NCBI GenBank assembly: GCA_039811685.1
Contig: JBDHZC010000002.1
Location: 96,001 to 160,000, forward strand
Direction: 5' to 3'
DNA length: 64,000 nucleotides
Source: Armatimonadota bacterium
GTDB taxonomy: Bacteria; Armatimonadota; UBA5829; DSUL01
The notes under the pieces are model-generated. The model was given only the letters and a program-made list of their open reading frames with translations, made no database searches and had not been told where the DNA came from. Position numbers and translations under genes: made by a program. This document shows, piece by piece, positions 1-9,790 of the stretch (its first letter is position 1; each line of letters opens with the position of its first letter).

Positions 1-2
1 CG

Positions 3-197
3 AAAGAGTGTTTCAAGCACGCCATCGGGCTGGATCCCACTTACGGACAGGCCATTCATGCCCTGGAGCGTCTGCGGGACTTCGAACGGGAAAAAGAGGC
101 GCTGGAAGCTGCCGCCGCTGAGCAGCAGATGCAGGGACTCCACGGCGGACCGCCGATTGGAGGCCCACCCACCCGCAGCCCGCAGCCCGGCGCATAA
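3..197 (+). CDS. 3' end of a TPR-repeat protein (partial, runs off window start)
   Basis: Frame 3 is open from the window start: KECFKHAIGLDPTYGQAIHALERL... (TPR-like helix-turn-helix), then a Pro/Gly tail, TAA at 195-197. Not in the ORF track because it has no start codon in the window. Confidence 0.6.
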   Translation, partial: KECFKHAIGLDPTYGQAIHALERLRDFEREKEALEAAAAEQQMQGLHGGPPIGGPPTRSPQPGA

Positions 198-434
198 CAG
201 CAAAGGCGCACCCTACGGGCCGGAAACGGAGAGGCCGTCACGCCGAGCCTTATTGAGCTACTCATAGAGGTGACAGAGTGCTAACGGCTTCTAATGAGTG
301 CCTCCCGCCTGAGCTGTCGACACAGCACGGGACGGGCTGAGCATGCGCGTCTAAGGCTTCTGCACTTGCTTCATCGGCTAATCAGCGCTTACAATTGGTG
401 AATCGACCAATCTCAACAGAGAAGGAACGCGCTG

Positions 435-1877
435 ATGACGATTCGCTCCCGCCGCACTCTGGCGATACTGCTGACACTGCTCGCCTGCCCAACGTGGGCG
501 CCTGCCGACATCCCCTCCGTTCAGACCGCAGTAGACAAGATTCTGTCCCGACCGGTTTTTAGCAATGGCATCCACGCGTGTGTTATCAAGACTTTGGACA
601 CCAGCGCCGTGGTCTACAGCAAGAACCCGAATACACTGCTCAACACAGCCTCTAACATGAAGCTTGTGACATCCGCGGCCGCACTGGATCAGCTTGGACC
701 AGGCTTTCGTTACCGCACCCGTCTTCTCGCTGCAGTGCCGATCGGGCCCGACGGCGTCCTCAGAGGGAACCTCTACATCGCCGGTTCCGGAGACCCAACC
801 TTTGATACACCGGCTCTACAGGACCTTGCGCGTCAGGCAGCGCAGCGAGGACTCAAAGCTGTGGAAGGCGCAGTCATCGCCGACACTGGCAACTTTAACA
901 CAACTCCGTACGGAGGAGGTTGGAGCTGGGACTATCTGGAGGCTTATTACGCAGCTCCGGTCGGTGGACTCAACCTGAACAAGAACGTCGTCGCGCTCAG
1001 CGCGCGGCCCGGCTCTTCAGTTGGCGCACCCGCCACAGTCGTCATCGAGCCTGCTTCTAACTACATGCGCGCAATAAGCGCCGTGACAACCGCCAAGGCT
1101 GGCACACCGCTGTCACTAAACATCGACCGCGAACTGACCGGGCGGGTAGTGCGGGTAAGTGGCGCTGTGGCCATTGACGAAAAAGTTGACAAACCGCAGG
1201 AAGCAGTTGCGGTGTACGATCCGGCCCGCTACACATCAGAGGTGCTTCGGGCGCTGCTGATGGCTGATGGGATCAAAGTCAGCGGAGGAGTGGGCGCCGA
1301 GAGAGCGCCGGAAAACGCGATCCTACTCGGCCAGCATCTCTCAGACCCAATGAGTGATATTCTGATGTCGCTTAACAAATGGAGTGACAATCTGATTGCG
1401 GAGGCGCTGCTGAGGACGTTGGGTTCCGTGATAAAGAACGATGGCAGCATTCAGAGCGGCCGGGCTGTTGTGGCAGAGGTGCTGAAGCAGGCAGGCGCCG
1501 ACACGAATGCGCTCAGTATGGCGGACGGCTCCGGACTCTCCCGGATGGATCTGATGACCGCGGAAAACTTCACGCGGCTCCTGAGCTATATGTACCGGCA
1601 CAACTACTTCAAGTACTACGATCAGTCACTGCCAGTCGCTGGAGTGGACGGAACATTGCGCAACCGCATGAAGAAGACTCCCGCCGAGAACAACGTCCAC
1701 GCCAAGACAGGCTATATCGGCTATGTTTCCAGTCTGTCTGGATACGTGACGACTGCCGCCGGACAGCCACTGGTTTTCTCGATCCTGTTCAACAACCAGC
1801 TTGGAGGAACAGCGCCCTGCCGGCAGGCGCAAGACGAGATAGCCGCGTATCTGGCGGGCCTGACTGAGAGGCTATAG
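435..1877 (+). CDS. dacB: D-alanyl-D-alanine carboxypeptidase/endopeptidase (PBP4, peptidase S13)
   Basis: Signal peptide; ASNMK (SxxK), GSGDPT, SDN (SxN), DGSGLSR, AKTG motifs. Confidence 0.93.
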   Translation: MTIRSRRTLAILLTLLACPTWAPADIPSVQTAVDKILSRPVFSNGIHACVIKTLDTSAVVYSKNPNTLLNTASNMKLVTSAAALDQLGPGFRYRTRLLAAVPIGPDGVLRGNLYIAGSGDPTFDTPALQDLARQAAQRGLKAVEGAVIADTGNFNTTPYGGGWSWDYLEAYYAAPVGGLNLNKNVVALSARPGSSVGAPATVVIEPASNYMRAISAVTTAKAGTPLSLNIDRELTGRVVRVSGAVAIDEKVDKPQEAVAVYDPARYTSEVLRALLMADGIKVSGGVGAERAPENAILLGQHLSDPMSDILMSLNKWSDNLIAEALLRTLGSVIKNDGSIQSGRAVVAEVLKQAGADTNALSMADGSGLSRMDLMTAENFTRLLSYMYRHNYFKYYDQSLPVAGVDGTLRNRMKKTPAENNVHAKTGYIGYVSSLSGYVTTAAGQPLVFSILFNNQLGGTAPCRQAQDEIAAYLAGLTERL

Positions 1878-1917
1878 CCTGCGTCCTGCGCCTCTGTGAA
1901 GCCGTGTAAGGACACTA

Positions 1918-3471
1918 TCAGAGGATGTATCGCGCCAGGTCTTCGTCTTTGGCCAGATCGGCCAGTCGCTGTTTCACATAACTCTCGTCGATCGTCACTG
2001 TCTGGCCGGCCAGATTCGGCGCATCAAAGCTGATATCTTCCAGCAGGCGCTCCATAATGGTGTGCAGCCGCCTTGCGCCAATATTCTCCGTCCGTGAGTT
2101 TACGTCTGCCGCAATCTCAGCAATAGCAGCGATCGCTTCTTCTTTGAACTCCACAGTCACGGCTTCTGTTTCCAGCAGAGCTGTGTACTGCTTGACGAGC
2201 GCGTTCTTTGGTTCTGTGAGTATGCGCTTGAAGTCCTCGGTGGACAGGCTTTCAAGCTCAACGCGAATAGGCAGGCGGCCCTGCAACTCCGGAATGAGGT
2301 CACTCGGCTTCGAAACGTGAAAAGCGCCCGCAGCGATGAAAAGGATGTGGTGCGTACGCACGGGACCCTGCTTGGTCATTACGGTGGAGCCTTCGATGAT
2401 GGGGAGAATGTCGCGCTGGACGCCTTCGCGGCTCACAGAAGGGCCGCTTCCTTCACCGCGCTCACGTCCGGCGATCTTGTCCACCTCATCCACAAAGATG
2501 ATTCCCGCCTGCTCAGCTCGCTCAATGGCGTCCCGTACGATTTTGTCGTGGTCCACCATCTCGCGCGCTACCTGATCCGCCAGGACTTCCCGCGCCTCAG
2601 CAACTGTGACCCGGCGTGTCCGCTTGCGCCGCGGCATCATTCCGCCCAGCATCCCGGACAAATCCATCCCCATCTCCTCCATCCCCTGCGGTGAAAAGAC
2701 CTGAAGAAACGGGCTGGAGTTGTCCTCTACCTCAATCTCAACCGTTCTCTCTTCCAGTTCTCCGGCCAGAAGTTGCGCACGAAGCTTGGCGCGCACTCGC
2801 TCGGCCATCTGCGCTTTCTTTCGGTCGTAGTCGCTGAGCTCTTCCTCGCTCTCCTCAGACTCAAAGTCAAAGCCTTCCGCCGGCTGTTCCTCTTCCGAGC
2901 GCCCCTGCTGGCGTGAAAAGTATCCTCCCAACGCCGCTGCTATCTTGTCCACGGGGCGCGTGGAGTCTGCGCCAGGCTGAAGGAGATCGAGCACCCGTTC
3001 AACGGCCGCCTCCCTGGCCTTCTCCCGGACTTTTGCCACCTCTTCGTCTTCCACCAGGCGATGAGCGACCTGAACCAGATCGCGCACCATCGAGTCCACA
3101 TCGCGCCCCACATAGCCGACCTCTGTGAACTTGGTGGCCTCCACTTTGATAAAGGGCGCATGGGCAAGATTCGCCAGACGCCGAGCGATCTCCGTCTTTC
3201 CGACGCCTGTCGGCCCGATCATAAGGATGTTTTTCGGGATGACCTCATCTCGAATGTCTTCAGCGAGCTTCTGCCGTCTGCGCCGGTTCCGCAGAGCGAT
3301 GGCGACGGCGCGTTTGGCCTTCTCCTGACCAATGATGAACTTGTCCAGTTCCTGGACAATCTCTGAGGGTGTCAGATCGAGAATAGCCCCATGCTCTTCG
3401 GCTTGTGAAAGCGCCGTTGCGTCGCCCTCTGGTCCTACTTGAAAAATCGTACTCATAGTGTGTTCCGCCAA
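1918..3471 (-). CDS. hslU: ATP-dependent protease ATPase subunit HslU (ClpY/CodX)
   Basis: [58 protein letters not shown]-terminal DLARYIL. Confidence 0.97.
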   Translation of the reverse strand: MAEHTMSTIFQVGPEGDATALSQAEEHGAILDLTPSEIVQELDKFIIGQEKAKRAVAIALRNRRRRQKLAEDIRDEVIPKNILMIGPTGVGKTEIARRLANLAHAPFIKVEATKFTEVGYVGRDVDSMVRDLVQVAHRLVEDEEVAKVREKAREAAVERVLDLLQPGADSTRPVDKIAAALGGYFSRQQGRSEEEQPAEGFDFESEESEEELSDYDRKKAQMAERVRAKLRAQLLAGELEERTVEIEVEDNSSPFLQVFSPQGMEEMGMDLSGMLGGMMPRRKRTRRVTVAEAREVLADQVAREMVDHDKIVRDAIERAEQAGIIFVDEVDKIAGRERGEGSGPSVSREGVQRDILPIIEGSTVMTKQGPVRTHHILFIAAGAFHVSKPSDLIPELQGRLPIRVELESLSTEDFKRILTEPKNALVKQYTALLETEAVTVEFKEEAIAAIAEIAADVNSRTENIGARRLHTIMERLLEDISFDAPNLAGQTVTIDESYVKQRLADLAKDEDLARYIL

Positions 3472-3526
3472 CGCCTATCCACCCGCGTGATCGCCGGGAA
3501 TCCGGCCGATCTTCCCGGGCGCAATG

Positions 3527-4066
3527 TCAGCTCGTCTTAATCTCTTCTATAGTGATGTTGCCGTTGGTGTAGATGCAGATATCCGCGGCGATACCCAGCG
3601 CCTTTTCCACTATCTCCCGGGCGGTCAGGCTGGTGTTCTCCGCCAGGGCTCTGGCCGCCGCCCTTGCGTATCCTGCGCCAGATCCGATAGCGGCAATGTT
3701 GTCGTCCGGCTCTATGATGTCACCGGAACCTGAGATGACCAGAAGCCACTCTTTGTCCGCGACGATGATCAGCGCCTCAAGCCTGCGCAGCATTCTATCG
3801 GTGCGCCAGTCTTTCGCAAATTCGACGACAGCCCGCCGCAAATTTCCGTGCGACTCCTCCAGCTTGGTCTCAAACCTGTCCGAAAGCGCTTGAGCGTCCG
3901 CCGAAGAGCCAGCGAAACCCACGATGACTTGATCGTGATAGAGCCGGCGCACCTTGCGAGCCTTGCTCTTGAAAACCGTCGTATCCAGTGTCACCTGCCC
4001 GTCGCCGCCAACGGCGACAGCGCCGTCTTTGTGAACCGCCAGGATAGTGGTCGAACGAAATGCCAT
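3527..4066 (-). CDS. hslV: ATP-dependent protease peptidase subunit HslV (ClpQ/CodW)
   Basis: [12 protein letters not shown]-terminus, GDGQVT, GFAGS, AIGSG, ICIYTN. Confidence 0.97.
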   Translation of the reverse strand: MAFRSTTILAVHKDGAVAVGGDGQVTLDTTVFKSKARKVRRLYHDQVIVGFAGSSADAQALSDRFETKLEESHGNLRRAVVEFAKDWRTDRMLRRLEALIIVADKEWLLVISGSGDIIEPDDNIAAIGSGAGYARAAARALAENTSLTAREIVEKALGIAADICIYTNGNITIEEIKTS

Positions 4067-5053
4067 TCAGTCTCCTGTATCGGGAAGCTTACCCGATGCG
4101 CGCGCTCGCGGATGTGCCTTGCGATAGACTTCCTTCATGCGGTCGCGCGAAACATGTGTGTACACCTGTGTTGTCGCCAGATCACTGTGCCCCAGAAGCT
4201 CCTGGATTGTGCGAAGATCCGCTCCATTCTCCAGCAGATGCGTCGCAAATGAGTGGCGCAGTGTGTGGGGGCCAGCGTGAGGAAGGTTGGTGTAGCCCAG
4301 CGCGGCCTCTTCCACTACCTTTCGCGCGACGCGTTCATTGATACGCTTCCCACGCGCGCCCACAAAAAGAGCTGTCTCCGAGCTATCGGAACACAAAGCC
4401 GGGCGGGCAATACTTAGATAACGATCCAGTGCCTGACGAGACTGTGACCCGATGAGCACAATGCGTTCTTTGCCGCCCTTACCAAGCACGCGCAACTCCT
4501 GCCCGCGCTGTACATCCTTCACATTCAGCGACACCAGCTCTCCAATGCGAAGGCCGGTTGCGTACAGGAGCTCAAGCATCGCCGCATCCCGAATTTGTTG
4601 CGGATCTGTCAGTGGCCGCTCATCCAGCATCTTCGATACCTCTGTCTGACTGAGCAGCTTCGGCAGCCTGGAGTAGCGCCCTGCGCTCAAGCCGTCCAGC
4701 GGTGGAAGGTCCGCAATATGCCCTGCCGCGTGCGCCCACTTCAGAAACGTGCGCAAAGAGGCGAGATGGCGCTCTATAGTGCGAGGAGATTTGCCAGCCA
4801 GGCGCGCAGCAGCCAGCCATTTGCGAACAGCTTTGCGGTCGATCTGGACAACGTCCGGAGCGCGCTGAGACCGGGCAACTGCTGAAAAGATACGCAGCAG
4901 GTCGGAGAGATAGTTTCGCTGCGTATGGCCGGAGCGTCCAAGCGCATGAAGATGTAGAGCAAATGCTCTCAACAACTCACGCACGTCAATGAGACTGTTT
5001 TCCGACGCGCTCTGTCCAGTCTGTCCCGTTTTCTCAGAAGCTGCTCCAGACAC
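4067..5053 (-). CDS. xerC: Tyrosine recombinase XerC/CodV family
   Basis: LYATGLRIGEL, GKGGKER, HTLRHSFATHLL, LLGH, TTQVY. Its stop abuts the hslV ATG. Start taken as GTG 5053, 7 nt after an extended -10 (TGcTAGAAT); the ORF track start is 5119. Confidence 0.9.
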   Translation of the reverse strand: MSGAASEKTGQTGQSASENSLIDVRELLRAFALHLHALGRSGHTQRNYLSDLLRIFSAVARSQRAPDVVQIDRKAVRKWLAAARLAGKSPRTIERHLASLRTFLKWAHAAGHIADLPPLDGLSAGRYSRLPKLLSQTEVSKMLDERPLTDPQQIRDAAMLELLYATGLRIGELVSLNVKDVQRGQELRVLGKGGKERIVLIGSQSRQALDRYLSIARPALCSDSSETALFVGARGKRINERVARKVVEEAALGYTNLPHAGPHTLRHSFATHLLENGADLRTIQELLGHSDLATTQVYTHVSRDRMKEVYRKAHPRARASGKLPDTGD

Positions 5054-5365
5054 AGGAGGTATTCTAGCACAGGGGCGACCGCCAGAAGCATAAGCGCGGC
5101 AAAGCAATCCGATTGCCACCTTAATATTTTCTAATTTTCTTCTATTGTTCAGCGCCGTGCGGGTGTATAATGAAAATTACCGTGGCAACTACAAACGGGT
5201 TAGACGCGCTTGCGATCAAGTTCAGACCTTCAGAGAGCGCCGAGAAAGAGATAACCGTCCGTGTAGCGGACTGTTTTTGCTAAGGCCCGTTTGTGCTTTT
5301 CGCTGAGTCCTTCACTACGCTCGACTGTGAGTGGAGGGACTCAGGTGCAGGAGGGGAAGCGCACC

Positions 5366-8300
5366 ATGAAAGAGCTGCAAACACTGGTAAAGTTGGCGGG
5401 CGTGGCAACCGCCATTATGCTCCTTGCGTCAATGAAGCCCGCAGGTGCTGTAGGACCACCTATTCGCAGCACCCTCTACAACGGCTCCACAAACGCCTAC
5501 TCGGCATTTCCCAACAAAATGACTCAGGACCTCGGGACCAATATGACCATAGAGGCCTGGGTGTACCGAATGGATGGCGACCGCTGCGAGACTATTGTGG
5601 GGCACGACAGCACCTCCTCGTGGTGGTTTGGCTTCTGCCCACGTCTCAGCTTCGCACGCAAAGGCGTTTCTCGGATGACCGCTACCCAAGTCACCGTCCC
5701 GGCGTATCAGTGGACTCACGTTGCCGTCACCTACAACGGCACAAACTGCACGTTCTACGTCAATGGCAACAGTGCCGGCACGTTTCCACTGGCAAGCAGC
5801 GGTACGGATCCGAGCCGGGAGCTAGTGATCGGCGCGGATTCCCGGTCTACTCCGCACGTCTACACCAACCCGTTTTCTGGCAATATTGACGAGGTGCGTA
5901 TCTGGTCAGGTGTCCGCACACAAAGCCAGATTTCGAGCAATCGTTTTAAGGAACTACGTACAGGCACGAACCTGCTCGCAACCTTCAGCACTGGTGGGAA
6001 CACAGAGGACATCACAGGGTACGTGGGGTCCCACGGACTTGGTGCTACAGGCGATGTGTTTGGCATTCTGCCGCGCGACTTGATCGTGCCGAAAGCCTCC
6101 ATCAGACCTACCGTTGACGGTCATTTGAATGTGGATTCGGAGTACCTGGGCGCAGAACAGCTTGTGCTGCCATATAACGCCGGGCCCGATGAGCCGGATA
6201 GCATAGCCTACCTGGTGTACGATGAGACACCACCTGCAAGCCTGTTCGTAGCCATTTCCGCTCCGAGACACAACACCGGAGGATGGCCGTACTCCAATAC
6301 CACTATGGGCGTCATGGTGGACCCTACGTACAGCAGAACCTCGCTGCCGGACAGCACGGACTTTTACCTAAAAACCAGCCTGGGAGACTATGATCCGACA
6401 GGCTCCTGGTTGAATGGAGACGGCGCAGGCGGTTGGGTTCAGTGCATGCTGAATAGCCAGCCGTGTACACCCCCCAGCGAGTACGCCGTTGGAAAAAGCT
6501 TGTGCGGCTTTGAGATGGGAGGCTTGCCCTGTACGGAGTTTCGAATTCCGGTGTCGAAACTGGGGTCGTGGGACGAGTTTGATGGCCTGGCCGTAGCTCA
6601 TGCCAACTGGAACTCAAGTGGCACTGTCAGCATGGCGCCGGGAGATGCAAGCCCATCTAATCCTTCGACGTGGGCGAAAGTCTCTTACGGCGAAGGGTCT
6701 GCAACGCTACCGAAGGCTATAGTTGGGGGAAAAGTCAACGCGGGACTCACGTCAGGCTCACCCGGATTGGCAGGCTGGCGCGTGACCCTGTCAGCGGGCG
6801 GCACGGCCTACCAAACCCTTACAAACTCTTCAGGTATTTTTTCCTTCAACGAGCCAATCGCTGCAAACCAGACAGTGCAGTTACAGGTGGACAATTGCGG
6901 GTTCTGCATCTATGCCGCGCCAACCTTCTATGGAACTGGCATGTCCGGAACCGTTGTGAACGATCTGGTTGTGCAGTACCCTGGGTGTCCGAGTGGGACG
7001 TGCACCTACCAAAATGTGCAATTCTACATTCAGCAGGTAGTCGGCCCGGTTTCGGTGACAGGCGTAAGTGAGACATACCCAACTCCACGCGTGGTCGTGC
7101 GCGATAATCCGACGGTCGTCTCCGCCAACGCCGCTTCTGTCGTGACCATAAACGGCAGCAACTTCCACGATCAGGTCAAAGTGTACCTTTCTCCTGTAGC
7201 TCCCGGACTGGTCTGCCCGTGCCCGGACGACTGGGAGCTGTATGAAGCCACTATAGTAGATCGCGCCGGTGACGGTTCCTGGATAAAAGTGGAAACTCCA
7301 ACGCTACCCGGACGAGGTAGACTCCGGAAAAACGGGCCGCTGGGAAATCCATTTGGTGCGGGGTACCGCTGGGTTATTTACGATCCCTGGACGCGGCCGA
7401 ACGTAGTGACCTACAACCTCTGGCCGAATCCTCAGGCTAACCCAAACAACTTCCATTTGACCGAGCCGGAGTACCCGTATCTGTGGGGCTTTGGCTTTGA
7501 AAATCGCTACGATGACCCCGGATGGCGGGAGTTCAGCGCGGTTTACGGGACAAACGCCTATTACTGTCTCGGGGCATTCGGACATTGCATAAGCTATGTC
7601 ATGGACCCGATGTACGAAGCATTCTTCCCGATTTATATGCTTGTCGGGCATGCGATGACAGGGTCCTGTGGCGGAATGGCCAGCACCAGCCTGATGTTCA
7701 AGCAGGGAATACTCAACACGCAACAGTTTGATCCCAATGTTTATTTCCCCTCAGGGTTTATCGAGAGCTCGGTTAACTTCGATCCAACGTGGTCCAAGAG
7801 CCACCTTGGCGTTCTATACGGACCAGCCAGTCCAACCAACCTGTGGGCACGCATTCGTGTAGGACAGATGACGCAGGTGAGCAATGAAACGCTGCTTCAA
7901 CTGGCGAGTCAGGCCTGCCTTGAGGGGGACTGGAATCCTTTCTGCGGCAGTCCGGCATCCCGGCTGTCCGAGCTCTCACCCAACCCAATCGGCGACATCG
8001 CTGTCATACTTGGGTCGTTTAGCCTCGCTCACTGCGTAACTCCGTACGCTGTTTCCGGAGGCGAGATCAAAGTGTACGACAACAACTACCCGAACGATCC
8101 CGCCAGTATGACTGTGACAGGCAATACAGTCAACTTTCCAAACCTTGGCTATAGCGGTTCTGGCCTGTTTACGTTTCCGTTGAGCATCTGGCTTAACGGA
8201 CGGACAGCGCCGCTATTCGGCAGTTCTGATTTCCTGCTATCAATTGTTGCCGGAGGCGCTGACCAGATGGTGACGACGCAGGATGGCAAGCGATGGGGAT

Positions 8301-9577
8301 GGCTGGCGAACGGAACAACTGTGAATGAAATTCCAGGGTCTGTCACCGCGACGCCGTGGAGTGACGGGAGCTATACCGGAAGATCCGTTCCACTGTTGCT
8401 ACCGGCGTCAAAAACAAATCCTCAGATTACCGTTAATGCGCGTGGCGGGGACTACTACGTGCATACCGGCGGGACCGGAATGATGCTTCAGCTCCACGCC
8501 TTCGACTCTCAGCCGGGGGACACTGATCACGTGAATCTGAAGCACAACGCGCTGGGCGATCTGCAGTCCTTCGAGTTCACACCAGAGAAAACCGCACCGC
8601 ACGCAATTCCTGCGGTTGGAATGAAAGACCCTTCAAACAAGAGCGTGCTGTTCAGATGGCTGAATGTGAATGTTCCAGCGGGCAAGACAGCCGGGTTTGG
8701 AGGGATCAAAGAACAGCTGGCGGCGCAGTTTACCAATCTCACCGGCGCGCCATCCTCTCCCTATATGCTTGTCAAGGGTGTAGATGGCGCTGCTGGTCAG
8801 GCCTCTCAGGTGCTCTTCGAGCCGGTCTCAGTGCCAAATGGCGCGGCGCAAACAGTGACGCTGCTGAACTGGCCAACCAACACACAGGCCAGGCTTGACG
8901 TAGACCTGGATCGCAATGGTACGATTGATCAGTCTTCCGTTGTGCAAGGGGTGACTCCGGTATCCGTGAAAACACCTGGAGAAGCGAAGTTGCTTTCGGA
9001 TGGCACACTCGTGAGTCTGGACAGAGCCGTCGCGTCGAGCGGTGTGTCTGCTTTCAACGGATTCTTCTACTGCCAGGACCCGGACCGCAGTTCGGGAATA
9101 CGGGTAGTTGTCAACGCTTCGGAGATACCCGGGCTACGAGAAGGCAATGACGTACAGGTCATCGGCACAATGGCGACCGCGCTCACTGGAGAGCGGCAGA
9201 TTATCAATCCGCTGGTTATCATCTCTGCGCCTCAATCAGGACCAGATCCGCTCTTTATGACCAACAGGTCTGTTGGGGGCAGCCACTTTGGATCGCCGCC
9301 TATGGGCCAGATTGGAATGAGCGGAGTAGCCATGGGTTTGAACAACGTGGGGCTATTGGTTTCGACGAACGGGCGGGTTACCAGCTGGGACGGACAGATC
9401 GCGTTGATTACTGACGGCTCCGGACCGGTGGCTATTGACCTCACAAATATCAGCCATTCCCCGTTCGAACCAGGCGCCCATCTCATGGTGAACGGTATCT
9501 CCTCCATACGGCTCGAGAATGGGCTGCGTAAACCTGTCATTCTCCCAAGAAGCTCAAGTGACGTGACTGTCTACTGA
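5366..9577 (+). CDS. Large secreted multidomain protein (LamG-like, DOMON/CBM9-like, Ig/IPT-like, putative papain-like, C-terminal OB-like module)
   Basis: AGGAGGGG RBS before ATG 5366; signal peptide; LamG motifs TIEAWV, WTHVAVTY, FYVNG, FSGNIDEVRIW; PTVDG...EFRIP; TINGSNF; DLDRNGTID. Confidence 0.8.
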   Translation: MKELQTLVKLAGVATAIMLLASMKPAGAVGPPIRSTLYNGSTNAYSAFPNKMTQDLGTNMTIEAWVYRMDGDRCETIVGHDSTSSWWFGFCPRLSFARKGVSRMTATQVTVPAYQWTHVAVTYNGTNCTFYVNGNSAGTFPLASSGTDPSRELVIGADSRSTPHVYTNPFSGNIDEVRIWSGVRTQSQISSNRFKELRTGTNLLATFSTGGNTEDITGYVGSHGLGATGDVFGILPRDLIVPKASIRPTVDGHLNVDSEYLGAEQLVLPYNAGPDEPDSIAYLVYDETPPASLFVAISAPRHNTGGWPYSNTTMGVMVDPTYSRTSLPDSTDFYLKTSLGDYDPTGSWLNGDGAGGWVQCMLNSQPCTPPSEYAVGKSLCGFEMGGLPCTEFRIPVSKLGSWDEFDGLAVAHANWNSSGTVSMAPGDASPSNPSTWAKVSYGEGSATLPKAIVGGKVNAGLTSGSPGLAGWRVTLSAGGTAYQTLTNSSGIFSFNEPIAANQTVQLQVDNCGFCIYAAPTFYGTGMSGTVVNDLVVQYPGCPSGTCTYQNVQFYIQQVVGPVSVTGVSETYPTPRVVVRDNPTVVSANAASVVTINGSNFHDQVKVYLSPVAPGLVCPCPDDWELYEATIVDRAGDGSWIKVETPTLPGRGRLRKNGPLGNPFGAGYRWVIYDPWTRPNVVTYNLWPNPQANPNNFHLTEPEYPYLWGFGFENRYDDPGWREFSAVYGTNAYYCLGAFGHCISYVMDPMYEAFFPIYMLVGHAMTGSCGGMASTSLMFKQGILNTQQFDPNVYFPSGFIESSVNFDPTWSKSHLGVLYGPASPTNLWARIRVGQMTQVSNETLLQLASQACLEGDWNPFCGSPASRLSELSPNPIGDIAVILGSFSLAHCVTPYAVSGGEIKVYDNNYPNDPASMTVTGNTVNFPNLGYSGSGLFTFPLSIWLNGRTAPLFGSSDFLLSIVAGGADQMVTTQDGKRWGWLANGTTVNEIPGSVTATPWSDGSYTGRSVPLLLPASKTNPQITVNARGGDYYVHTGGTGMMLQLHAFDSQPGDTDHVNLKHNALGDLQSFEFTPEKTAPHAIPAVGMKDPSNKSVLFRWLNVNVPAGKTAGFGGIKEQLAAQFTNLTGAPSSPYMLVKGVDGAAGQASQVLFEPVSVPNGAAQTVTLLNWPTNTQARLDVDLDRNGTIDQSSVVQGVTPVSVKTPGEAKLLSDGTLVSLDRAVASSGVSAFNGFFYCQDPDRSSGIRVVVNASEIPGLREGNDVQVIGTMATALTGERQIINPLVIISAPQSGPDPLFMTNRSVGGSHFGSPPMGQIGMSGVAMGLNNVGLLVSTNGRVTSWDGQIALITDGSGPVAIDLTNISHSPFEPGAHLMVNGISSIRLENGLRKPVILPRSSSDVTVY

Positions 9578-9602
9578 GAGAGACGTAGCCAGGCGAAACG
9601 AT

Positions 9603-9637
9603 GGCCTCGCGTGAGACGAACTCTCAGCGGGGCCTTT
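9603..9637 (+). terminator. Putative intrinsic terminator after the LamG gene
   Basis: GGCCTCGC-g-TGAGA cgaac TCTCA-GCGGGGCC hairpin followed by only TTT (short U tail). Confidence 0.4.
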
Positions 9638-9790
9638 ACCTGCGCCGTACGGGCAGCCCTCCGGTGGGCTTCTCACGACCCGAACAGCTTCGGGAGGAAG
9701 TCTGCGCCTTACGGGCGAATTGAATGGAAGATGCCGAGTGACAGCGCCGCCGGCTCTGGCGTCCGCAAGACCACGATAAGGGGAGACGAA

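Noticed and set aside
255..284. CIRCE (HrcA) operator; right arm GAGTGCTAA at 276-284
   Set aside because: No TTAGCACTC left arm at 9-nt spacing, and the downstream gene is not a chaperone.
4067..5119. Integrase marking a mobile element
   Set aside because: Housekeeping XerC-type protein coupled to hslVU; no att repeats, tRNA or cargo seen.
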